A stretch of 15,922 nt of DNA, taken from positions 1-15,922 of the forward strand of contig JANOAV010000207.1 in assembly GCA_031411295.1 (NCBI GenBank). The letters run 5' to 3'. The notes under the pieces are model-generated. The model searched no databases. It worked only from the letters and a program-made list of their open reading frames with translations, and had not been told where the DNA came from. The stretch comes from Verrucomicrobiales bacterium (GTDB lineage: Bacteria; Verrucomicrobiota; Verrucomicrobiia; Verrucomicrobiales; V1-33). The position numbers were made by a program, and so were the translations under genes. Shown here piece after piece: positions 1 to 8,499 of this stretch (the first letter of the stretch is position 1; the number at the start of each line of letters is the position of its first letter).

Positions 1-1
1 G

Positions 2-1521
2 GGAGCGGCGGATGAGTTCTGTTTTACGTCGGTGGAAATGAATGGCTACGGCACCTTCATCGCCCGCGTGGACAGTTTGGAAAACTCCGACCCATGGGCG
101 AAAGCGGGCATCATGATTCGCGAATCCACGGCTGTCGGAGCAAAGAACGCGATGATGGCGCTCACGTCAGGCAACGGTGCGACGTTTCAATGGCGCACGG
201 CAACGAACGGCATGTCTCAATCGTCAGGCAGCGGCGGCGTGGCGGTTCCGGGTTGGGTGAAACTGGTCCGCAGCGGGGATGTGTTCACGGGTTTTCGCTC
301 GGCGGATGGAGTCGCATGGACGCAAGTCGGCAGCGCCACGGTGAGCATGTCCGCCCGCGTTCTCGCGGGAGTCGCGGTCACTTCCCATGCGGACCCGGTG
401 CTGAACACGGCGCGTTTTTCCAAGCCCAGCATCCTTGGGTCTGGGTGGACCAGCCGGGACATCGGCGCCCCTGCGGTGACGGGTGCCGCGTCCTTTTCTG
501 CGGATGGTCAATGGATGGTCGCAGGCAGCGGCGCAAACATCGCCGGCACGTCGGATGAATTCCATTTCGTCTCGCAGGATTTCAGCGGAGACGGTTCGTT
601 GACCGCACAGGTGACCTCCGTCGAGCAAACCGACCCGTATGCCAAAGCGGGCGTGATGTTCCGGGAATCCACCGCCGCTGATTCGGAGTATGCTTTCGCT
701 TTCATTGGCCCCAGCACGGTCGGCTTCGAGTGCCGCACCGCCACAGGCGCGACAATGACCGGCGTGGCCTACGCGGGCGGGAACGCTCCACGATGGGTCC
801 GACTGGTGCGCAGCGGCACATCGTTCTCCGCCAGTTACTCGTCCGATGGAACAACATGGACACCGCTCGGCACGGCACAGTCCATTTCGATGAACGTGTC
901 GTCCATGGCCGGTCTGGCCGTGACCGCGCACAACGTCTCGGACGTTTGCGAGAGCACGTTCGAAAGCGTGGGCCTGCTGCCGGCGGTGTGGAGCGCCCGC
1001 GACATCGGCGGACCCGGACTGCCCGGCGGCACGGTGTTTCAAGCTGCCAGCGGTGCATGGACGCTGACGGGCAGCGGCACGGATATTTGGAACACGGCGG
1101 ACCAAATGCAGTTCGCGTATCAAACACTCACAGGTGACAGCGTCGTCGTGGCGAGAGTAGCGGCTTTGCAAAATACCGACGCTTACGCGAAGGCCGGCGT
1201 GATGATGCGCAGCTCGACCGCTGTTGGCTCACGCAATGCCGCAGTCGTCGCCATCCCGGGCGGAGTTCAGTTCCAGACACGCCCGGCGAGCGACGGAACG
1301 ACAAGTCTCATCGGCTCTGCGGCAGTCACAACTCCCGTGTGGGTCCGGCTCGCCCGCAGCAGCACGAGTTACACCGGTTGGTATAGCACGGACGGCCTCG
1401 CATGGACGCGGCTCGGCACCCCGCAAACCATCGCCATGTCCGCGACCCCGTTCTCTGGCCTCGCTGTCACTTCGCACGACGCCACCGCACTCAACACCGC
1501 TAGCCTCGACAACGTAAGTCT
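2..1521 (+). repeat. Three intragenic protein-level domain repeats with a period of 543 nt (181 aa); the first is truncated by the window edge
   Basis: WTSRDIG starts at 446 and WSARDIG at 989. The AKAG motifs are DPWAKAGIMIRES, DPYAKAGVMFRES and DAYAKAGVMMRSS. Confidence 0.9.
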
Positions 1522-1957
1522 GACCGCGCTGCCTGTAGGGTTTTCGAGCTGGACCGCCTTTCAAAACGCGAACTTCAATGCCATCCAGCTCGCGAACGCG
1601 AACATCAGCGGCCCGCTCGCAGACGCGAACGCCGACGGTCATAAAAACCTGCTCGCCTACGCCTTCGGCCTCAGCCCGTGGACGGTGGTAACCGCCGCCA
1701 ACGGCGGCACGCCCACCGCGCAAAACCAAAACGGCTACCTCACACTCACCTACACCCGTCTGCGCCATCCCATCGACGTAAACTACGCCATCGAAGTTAC
1801 CAGCGACCTCACCACATGGAACAGCGGCCCCGCCTTCACCACGCAACTCAACGTTACTCCACTCGACGCTAACCGAGAGCAAGTCACCATCCGCGACAAC
1901 ACCGTGATGACGGGAGCGACACGCCGCGCGATGCGAGTGAAAGTCACCGCGCCATGA
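2..1957 (+). CDS. 5'-truncated exported protein with three tandem ConA-like/DUF1349-type beta-sandwich repeats and a Verrucomicrobia-type C-terminal domain
   Basis: The frame is open from position 2 (GAADEFCFTSVEMNG...), so the ORF-track start at 32 is internal. There are three copies of DEF/QxF...GxG...ARV...DPW/YAKAGxMxRxS...PxWVxLxRSG...SxDGxxW...GxAVTxH. The C-terminus reads DANADGHKNLLAYAFG...IEVTSDLTTW...RRAMRVKV. Stop TGA at 1955-1957. Confidence 0.85.
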   Translation, partial: GAADEFCFTSVEMNGYGTFIARVDSLENSDPWAKAGIMIRESTAVGAKNAMMALTSGNGATFQWRTATNGMSQSSGSGGVAVPGWVKLVRSGDVFTGFRSADGVAWTQVGSATVSMSARVLAGVAVTSHADPVLNTARFSKPSILGSGWTSRDIGAPAVTGAASFSADGQWMVAGSGANIAGTSDEFHFVSQDFSGDGSLTAQVTSVEQTDPYAKAGVMFRESTAADSEYAFAFIGPSTVGFECRTATGATMTGVAYAGGNAPRWVRLVRSGTSFSASYSSDGTTWTPLGTAQSISMNVSSMAGLAVTAHNVSDVCESTFESVGLLPAVWSARDIGGPGLPGGTVFQAASGAWTLTGSGTDIWNTADQMQFAYQTLTGDSVVVARVAALQNTDAYAKAGVMMRSSTAVGSRNAAVVAIPGGVQFQTRPASDGTTSLIGSAAVTTPVWVRLARSSTSYTGWYSTDGLAWTRLGTPQTIAMSATPFSGLAVTSHDATALNTASLDNVSLTALPVGFSSWTAFQNANFNAIQLANANISGPLADANADGHKNLLAYAFGLSPWTVVTAANGGTPTAQNQNGYLTLTYTRLRHPIDVNYAIEVTSDLTTWNSGPAFTTQLNVTPLDANREQVTIRDNTVMTGATRRAMRVKVTAP

Positions 1958-2034
1958 GGATTGCCTTCCTTTGGCATTTCCGATAAGTCAGAAACGTGAT
2001 TTTTATGAAACTCCAATACTACGGCAAATTTCCT

Positions 2035-5000
2035 ATGCGGATCCTCTTCCTGCCCTACGTCCTCGCTCTGATCTTGCTTCCGATGCTTGCCATTGCCGAA
2101 AATTCCATTGATCCTGATCCCAATGGAGTGTTGCGCAAGCCGATTCCGGATCGCCTCGTGGTCCTAACGTTTGATGATGCGCCAGCGAGCCATTATACGG
2201 TGGTGGCTCCGATCCTTCAGGAAATGGGGCTGGGAGGCACGATTTATGTTTGTGATTTTGATTCGTTTCGCACACGGAAGGATTGGTATCTGACGTATCG
2301 GCAGATGAATGCGATGCATGCGAGCGGGTTGGAAATCGGCAATCACACCCTGGGGCACGCTTCCGGATACGGGCCGGTGGTGGCGATGGAAGATCAGGTG
2401 CTGGCGCATGGCGGGCCGCGCATGACGACCTTGTGCTGGCCGATCTATGCGGTGAACTGGAATGACTGTCCGAAACTCTCTGAGCATGGATACACCTTCG
2501 GACGCGGTGGCCATGAGCGCACGTATCGGCCCACGGTGGACAATCCTTTCGATGTGCCGTCATTCTCGATCCACGATGGCGTGCCGATCGAAAACTTTAT
2601 CAAGGCCGCGCAGCAAGCGTGTCAGGGTCGGGTGGTGGTGTTTTGTTTCCATGGGGTGCCGGACCTGGAGCATCCGCCGGTGAGCTTGGAGCCAGCGACG
2701 TTCCGGGCGATGATGCAGTATTTGAAGGACAACCATTACCAGTGCCTTGCCATGCGCGACCTGGCGCAATACATCGACCCAGCCAAGGCAGCCAAGCTGC
2801 CGCAGACGTCCGACAGCATCACGCTCAAGGTGCCTGGCCCATCGTTGAAGGATGAGAAACCATTCGTGCCGCCCTGGTCTGCCAACATTCATGAAGTATC
2901 GTTTCCTGGCCTTCCGCCAGTTCGTATTTCAGGCACGAGCATCCGACTTACGGTGCCTTATGCCACCGACATCACGAAGCTGGCGCCAAACATTAAGGTT
3001 TCGGCCGAGGCAACCCTGACGCCACCTTCAGGGATGGTGCTTGACTTCTCGAAGCCACAAACGTTCACGGTGCATGGGAAGAACGGGGCGACCAAAATTT
3101 ACACCGTGACTGTCAATAAAACGGCCATCAGTCAGGCGAAGGAGGTGACCGCCTTTGAAATGCCAGGGGCGCTCTCGGTGGCAATGGCGGGGAATCGCGT
3201 GGCGGTGCGGATGCCAATGGCCACGGATGTTAGGGCGCTGGCTCCGACGTTTTCGGTGTCTCCATTGGCCACGGCGGTGCCTGCTGCCGGGGTGTTGCAG
3301 GATTTCACCAAGCCGCAAAGCTACACGATCACTGCACAGGACGGAAGCACTCAAGTCGTTTCTGTGACGGTGCTCAAAGGTGACAAATCGAATGCGTTCA
3401 CTTGGGGGAAATCGGCAGGTGGCGATTGGAGCGATGAAGCAGCGTGGTCTGACAAGTTGACGAATGGAGGAGCCGCCGATTACCTTCTGCACTTCAATCA
3501 AGGTGGGGCCTGCACGGCAACAAATGATTTGGCGGAAGGGTTCCAACTGAATCAACTCGTGTTAGGTGATAAATCAGGCGGTTTGATTGTGAGTGGCCAT
3601 GGACTGACTTTCACCAAAGAGTTGACCGCTGCTCTGCTGCCGGTGATTCAAGCTGGTAAATGTGGCCGGGTCGATTTCAAGGTGCCCATGAATCTCCAAG
3701 CGGATCTAACCGTGAGGACAGCAGCGGACAAGGATCCGAATTGTTTCCTCAGTTTCCATGAGGTCATCTCTGGTCCTCACGCTTTGATTTTGCAGAGTGC
3801 TGGTGATGCGAATGTGGCAGAGATCAATTTCCACGATGTGCATTTCGGCATTCTGCAACTCAACAACGGCAATACCTACACCGGAGGAACGGTGATCAAT
3901 GGCGGCAAGATCAATGTGCGGAAGCCAGATGGACTGGGCACTGGCACGGTTGTGATCAATCATTTCGGAACGCTATCCACCGAAACGCCGACGGCCAATG
4001 CGTTGGTGATCAATCAAGGGACGCTCTTCCACTGCAGCGCGAGCGGTCCTGTTAGGCTGAATGGAATCGCGAATTTCATCAGTGACGTCACCATTGCCGG
4101 CAGCATGAGCGGGCCCGGCGGCTTCACCATGCTTGGCAGGAATGGAACGTATCTCAGTATGGTTCCAGGGGGAACCGTGACTCTCGAAAGCATGAATAAC
4201 TACACTGGTCCCACGACCGTTTTTCCCGGCACCCTGATCGTCAAGCAGGCCGCTGGTCTTTACAATGAAGAGGTGACCAAATGGACGCCAGGAAATATTA
4301 CGATCCACAAAGCCGCCACGCTCCGACTCAACGTTGGCGGCTCCGGGGAGTTCACGGGCGAGCAAGTGGGATCATTGCTTGGAAACCTGACCCGCGCAGT
4401 AAACGAGAACGGCCTGATGGGTGGTTCCGTGTTGTCTCTAGACACGACCAATGCCAAGGAGATCGTTAAAATAGCTGCTCCTATCAACGATTCGAAAGGT
4501 CCCGGAGGCGGGGCGTTTCTCTTCAAGAAAACTGGGGTAGGTGGCGTCCAGCTTGCAGCAAGCAACACCTATACCGGCCAGACGGTGGTTGAGAATGGAA
4601 CTCTAAGTGTTTCGTCGTTGAACAATTACACGAAGGAGCATCGCCAGCCTAGCAGTAGTCTGGGAGCACCCGTGGATATTGAGTCAGGAGAGATTGTATT
4701 TGGTCAGGATGGGAAAGACAGTGAGTGTGCTTTGATTTACACGGGCCTGGGCGAAACGACTGATCGGGTCTTAAACCTAGCCGGAAAGAAAGCGATGCTC
4801 ACGCTTGATCAAGCCGGCACCGGCCCGCTTAAATTTGCGAGCGATTTGCTGATTTCTGGTTACGGAGCTAGCAAGACAATCAATCTCAAAGGAGAAGGGA
4901 CCGGCAGCGGAGAACTCGCGGGTAAGCTTACCGACCCACATGATCAGACTGGCAAAGCAACGACCGCGCTAACGAAATCTGGAACCGGCCAATGGACGCT

Positions 5001-5250
5001 CTCTGGAACCAATAGTTACACTGGCCCGACCACGATCACGCAAGGCACGCTCGCTTCTAATAGTGATCAAAGTCTCGGCAGGAAGCCAGCGATCAGCATC
5101 GCGAGCGGAGGAAGGCTTGAGCTGAACTTTAAAGGGCAAGTGAGCGTCCGCCAACTAGTGCTCGACGGGAAGGCGCAACCGCCGGGTGAGTATGCTGCCG
5201 GGAACACCAATGGGTTCCTCACGGGGAGCGGTAGTTTGCGGGTGGAGTGA
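2035..5250 (+). CDS. Secreted polysaccharide deacetylase (CE4/NodB-like) with two DUF5018-like repeats and autotransporter-associated beta-strand (PATR) repeats
   Basis: Signal peptide-like MRILFLPYVLALILLPMLAIA from ATG 2035 (alternative starts 2005 or 1996). CE4 motifs are LTFDDAP (2164-2184), EIGNHTLGH (to 2358) and VFCFHG (to 2655). Two repeats of VPxATDxxxLAP...DFxKPQxxTxxxxxGxT lie at ~2881-3117 and ~3136-3372. PATR motifs are LNNGNTYTGGTVINGG, LESMNNYTGPTTVFPGTL, KTGVGGVQLAASNTYTGQTVVENGTL and KSGTGQWTLSGTNSYTGPTTITQGTL. Confidence 0.88.
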   Translation: MRILFLPYVLALILLPMLAIAENSIDPDPNGVLRKPIPDRLVVLTFDDAPASHYTVVAPILQEMGLGGTIYVCDFDSFRTRKDWYLTYRQMNAMHASGLEIGNHTLGHASGYGPVVAMEDQVLAHGGPRMTTLCWPIYAVNWNDCPKLSEHGYTFGRGGHERTYRPTVDNPFDVPSFSIHDGVPIENFIKAAQQACQGRVVVFCFHGVPDLEHPPVSLEPATFRAMMQYLKDNHYQCLAMRDLAQYIDPAKAAKLPQTSDSITLKVPGPSLKDEKPFVPPWSANIHEVSFPGLPPVRISGTSIRLTVPYATDITKLAPNIKVSAEATLTPPSGMVLDFSKPQTFTVHGKNGATKIYTVTVNKTAISQAKEVTAFEMPGALSVAMAGNRVAVRMPMATDVRALAPTFSVSPLATAVPAAGVLQDFTKPQSYTITAQDGSTQVVSVTVLKGDKSNAFTWGKSAGGDWSDEAAWSDKLTNGGAADYLLHFNQGGACTATNDLAEGFQLNQLVLGDKSGGLIVSGHGLTFTKELTAALLPVIQAGKCGRVDFKVPMNLQADLTVRTAADKDPNCFLSFHEVISGPHALILQSAGDANVAEINFHDVHFGILQLNNGNTYTGGTVINGGKINVRKPDGLGTGTVVINHFGTLSTETPTANALVINQGTLFHCSASGPVRLNGIANFISDVTIAGSMSGPGGFTMLGRNGTYLSMVPGGTVTLESMNNYTGPTTVFPGTLIVKQAAGLYNEEVTKWTPGNITIHKAATLRLNVGGSGEFTGEQVGSLLGNLTRAVNENGLMGGSVLSLDTTNAKEIVKIAAPINDSKGPGGGAFLFKKTGVGGVQLAASNTYTGQTVVENGTLSVSSLNNYTKEHRQPSSSLGAPVDIESGEIVFGQDGKDSECALIYTGLGETTDRVLNLAGKKAMLTLDQAGTGPLKFASDLLISGYGASKTINLKGEGTGSGELAGKLTDPHDQTGKATTALTKSGTGQWTLSGTNSYTGPTTITQGTLASNSDQSLGRKPAISIASGGRLELNFKGQVSVRQLVLDGKAQPPGEYAAGNTNGFLTGSGSLRVE

Positions 5251-5341
5251 AATCGCTGAATCCCAATCGACCATGGAAACAATTCAAAGCAGAAGTTTCC
5301 CTCTTGCGTCATGGCTGCAAACTCAGCCAACATGCACTGTC

Positions 5342-8300
5342 ATGATCAAAACATCTTTTCTGAATTGCCTGCTTCCGTTGCTCTGTCTTGTCAGTGTTGC
5401 TTCCGCCCAGTATGCGGGTTGGCAGCAGACGGGATCGTTGGTGATTTTAACCACACCGGAAGGGGCGGATTTGCCGACGGGTGCGGAAGTGGCGGGGTTT
5501 CCGTTGTTGGTGCGGTTGGAGCCTGATTGGTTTGATTTCAGGAAGGCACAACCGAATGGAGAAGATGTGCGCTTTTCCAGTGGGGGCGTGGCGCTGAGCT
5601 ACCAGATAGATACTTGGGATAGAAATAAGGGAGCCAGCATTTGGGTGAAAGTGCCGAAGATCAAAGGCAATGAACGGCAGGAGATTAAGCTGCATTGGGG
5701 TAAGCCAAATGCGGTTAGTGAGTCGAAAGGCTCGGAGGTTTTTGGGGCGGACAATGGCTTTGTCAGCGTGTTGCACATGGACCAGGCGATGCAGGATGAA
5801 CTGGGCGCGCTGACCCTGAAGGATATGGGAACAAACGCATCGGAGGGCGTTGTGGGGGAGGCGAGACAGCTTTACCCAGGAAAGGGAATTTTGGGTGGCG
5901 ATCACATCAAGAACTATCCCTTTGGCGATGGCGCATTTACTTCTGAAGCGTGGTTTCGACCGCAAGTGGCTGGGACGACAATCTTTTACTGGGGGCGCTA
6001 TGCCACGCGGTTGAACGGCAAGACGGGGGATGGCAATGAGGTGAGCTTGAATATCGGAGCACCTGCGAGCATCGGTTGGGCCTCGGATGGTCCGGGCGGA
6101 GCTGGGGGTGAGAGTGTGCCAGTGCTGGGTCAGTGGAACCATGTCGCGGCCACGTATGAGAACGGGGTTAGTAAAATTTACTTCAATGGCAAGTTGGATG
6201 GGACTCGCACGCACAAGGCCGCCATGTCCATCGTGCAGGATATTGTGGTGAGTATCGGTGGCATGCGGGGATCGGACTTCCGATACTTTGGAGCAATTGA
6301 TGAAGTGCGAGTCTCGCGCGTGGCGCGGTCGGCGGAGTGGATGAAGCTGCAATACGAGAATCAACGTCCGCTGCAAACGCTGGTGGGGCCGTTAGTGCAG
6401 CCGGGGAGTGGCTTTGAATTGAGTCAGCAGGAAATCACGTTGTTGGAGGGTCAAAGCGCAACGGTCACGGTGAAGGCCGGTGGGGCGCAGAAGATTTATT
6501 GGTCGATGGTGAACGAAGGCGTGGAAACGCTGGCCGCAGTGGATCGATTTTCATTTACGCTCCCTGCAGGACGGGTGACTGCGAATACCACGCGAACACT
6601 GCGTTGCAAGGCGGTGTTTGCCGATGGGGTGAAGACGAAAGATATTCCGGTAACGATCAAGGAAGACCTGCCGGAGCCGATTGTAACGATGAAGGCACCA
6701 AGCACATGGAACGGTCGTGATCCGATTGAAGTGGTGCCAACCGTTAGCAACCTGCAATCACTGTTTAAAAAGCAGGTTGGCGACTTGAAAACGAGGTGGA
6801 CTGTTTCGGGGGGAGCGGTGATTAAAAAAACGGTGGGAGGAAGCACTGCAGCCGGTGGTGGATTGCCGTGGATCCATACAACCCCTGGCAATCTCTTGCT
6901 GCAACGTTCGCAATTTACAGGGAAGATCGCCATCACCGCAACGTTCAACAACGGTGGCGCGGATACGGTGGTCAGCACCACGATCCAAGTCACAGAACCA
7001 AAAACCGATGCATGGGTGCAGCGAGTGCCTGACAAGAACGAACAACCGGAGGAGAATCAATTTTATGCACGGGATGACCAGAACGAAGGCACGCTGTTCT
7101 ATCATGGCACACTGGAACAGCCCGCAGAGAGCGTTTTCCTGAAACTCTATGCCGACGAGAAACTCATCAAGACCGAAACCGCCAAACCAAATGCGGAGAA
7201 CGTCTACGCGTTGAGTGTGAAGCTCAAACCAGGGCTGATCAAATACAAGGTGGAGTTCGGGAGTGGGGACAAGGTGCTGCGAACGGTGAACAATCTCATT
7301 TGTGGCGATGCCTATATCATCGATGGGCAATCGAACGCTGAGGCTACTGGGCCTAACAATGGTCCCAACGAAGATGCGCCCTCGCCAGTGGCGGATTGGG
7401 TGCGCAGTTATGGCAATCAACACCAGGGCACGACGAAAGGCGGTTGGGGCAATGCCGTGCGGACGCATATTTGGGGGAAGCCTAACTATGGCGATCATCA
7501 AATTGGGACGTGGGGTATGGTGCTGGCGAATGGCTTGGTGGAGAAGTATCACATTCCCATCTGCATCATTAACAGCGCTTATGGTGGCACGCCGATTTAC
7601 CTGCATCAGCGGAATCCAGAGAACCATTTTGATACCAGCGGGGAATTCTATAAGAGCCCATACAAGATTTATGGGGGCCTGTTGAATCGGGTTACAGCGG
7701 CCCGGTTGACGCATGGCATCCGCGGGATCCTGTGGCATCAGGGGGAGAATGATCAAGGCAGCGGGGCTCCGACCGGAGATCATAATTGGAAATCCTATCA
7801 AGAGTATTTTGTGGCAATGGCGGGAGCGTGGAAGCAGGATTTTCCCAATGTCAGAAATTACTACATCTACCAAATCTGGCCCAGCGGCTGCAATATGGGT
7901 GGCTCTCCTGCCGGGGACATGCTGTTAGACGTTCAGCGCACGTTGCCGAACTTGTTTTCCAACATGAGGATCATGTCCACCCTGGGAATTGTTAGTGGCT
8001 CCAGCGGCCGCGGGCTTTGTCACTTCGACACGGAGGGCTATGCGCAAATCGCCAAGCTGATGAGTCCAGTGATTGAACAGGATCACTATGGACTGGAGCG
8101 AAAGCAAATAATGACGGCTCCAAACCTCAAGCGCGCGTCGTTTACGACTCCTGCCAAGGATGAAATTTCTCTGGAGTTCGACCAGCCAATGATTTGGCAG
8201 GATGAGTGCAAAGCATGGATCGAATTGGATCGCACTCCCGTTGCGATTACGAGCGGAAAAGTCTCCGGCAACACCATCACGCTTAAGCTGCAGGCCCCCA

Positions 8301-8425
8301 GTGAGGCGAAGACCATGGGCTACATCAATGGCGGGAAATGGGACGGCAAGCCTGATAAATTGTTGTATGGGATCAACGGCATCGCTGCGCTGACATTTTC
8401 GGCGGTGGCGCTGGGGATGAAGTGA
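5342..8425 (+). CDS. Secreted DUF2341-LamG-SGNH hydrolase (sialate O-acetylesterase/SASA-like, putative carbohydrate O-acetylesterase)
   Basis: Signal peptide MIKTSFLNCLLPLLCLVSVASAQ from ATG 5342. DUF2341-like segment FPLLVRL...GEDVRFS...LSYQIDTW...IWVKVPKI. LamG-like segment FTSEAWF...QWNHVAATY...IYFNG...GAIDEVRVS. SGNH blocks DGQSN (7322-7336), GILWHQGEND (~7724-7753) and CHF (His at 8021). Confidence 0.85.
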   Translation: MIKTSFLNCLLPLLCLVSVASAQYAGWQQTGSLVILTTPEGADLPTGAEVAGFPLLVRLEPDWFDFRKAQPNGEDVRFSSGGVALSYQIDTWDRNKGASIWVKVPKIKGNERQEIKLHWGKPNAVSESKGSEVFGADNGFVSVLHMDQAMQDELGALTLKDMGTNASEGVVGEARQLYPGKGILGGDHIKNYPFGDGAFTSEAWFRPQVAGTTIFYWGRYATRLNGKTGDGNEVSLNIGAPASIGWASDGPGGAGGESVPVLGQWNHVAATYENGVSKIYFNGKLDGTRTHKAAMSIVQDIVVSIGGMRGSDFRYFGAIDEVRVSRVARSAEWMKLQYENQRPLQTLVGPLVQPGSGFELSQQEITLLEGQSATVTVKAGGAQKIYWSMVNEGVETLAAVDRFSFTLPAGRVTANTTRTLRCKAVFADGVKTKDIPVTIKEDLPEPIVTMKAPSTWNGRDPIEVVPTVSNLQSLFKKQVGDLKTRWTVSGGAVIKKTVGGSTAAGGGLPWIHTTPGNLLLQRSQFTGKIAITATFNNGGADTVVSTTIQVTEPKTDAWVQRVPDKNEQPEENQFYARDDQNEGTLFYHGTLEQPAESVFLKLYADEKLIKTETAKPNAENVYALSVKLKPGLIKYKVEFGSGDKVLRTVNNLICGDAYIIDGQSNAEATGPNNGPNEDAPSPVADWVRSYGNQHQGTTKGGWGNAVRTHIWGKPNYGDHQIGTWGMVLANGLVEKYHIPICIINSAYGGTPIYLHQRNPENHFDTSGEFYKSPYKIYGGLLNRVTAARLTHGIRGILWHQGENDQGSGAPTGDHNWKSYQEYFVAMAGAWKQDFPNVRNYYIYQIWPSGCNMGGSPAGDMLLDVQRTLPNLFSNMRIMSTLGIVSGSSGRGLCHFDTEGYAQIAKLMSPVIEQDHYGLERKQIMTAPNLKRASFTTPAKDEISLEFDQPMIWQDECKAWIELDRTPVAITSGKVSGNTITLKLQAPSEAKTMGYINGGKWDGKPDKLLYGINGIAALTFSAVALGMK

Positions 8426-8455
8426 CTGCTGATCGAAAATTTCCGCAACTTTTAG

Positions 8456-8490
8456 GAATGAGTGGGGTTGGACACCGACACCCACCATTC
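8456..8490 (+). promoter_or_regulatory. Long intergenic stem-loop ending 9 nt upstream of the PQQ-like gene start
   Basis: GAATG-A-GTGGG-GTTGG / ACA loop / CCGAC-A-CCCAC-CATTC gives about 15 bp with two single-nt bulges and one G-U pair. There is no downstream U-tract. Confidence 0.55.
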
Positions 8491-8499
8491 GCCTCCCTC

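Noticed and set aside
1963..1977. TGCC-TTCCTTT-GGCA hairpin after gene 1 as an intrinsic terminator
   Set aside because: The stem is only about 4 bp with a short T run, too weak to support the call.
5186..5341. N-terminal extension of the esterase ORF overlapping gene 2
   Set aside because: The signal peptide begins at ATG 5342. The extension has no protein-like features and overlaps the upstream gene.
6758..7873. 371-aa minus-strand ORF, along with 5447-6376 (309 aa) and 224-1171 (315 aa)
   Set aside because: These lie entirely antisense to well-supported genes and have no recognisable motifs. Long shadow ORFs are expected in GC-rich coding DNA.
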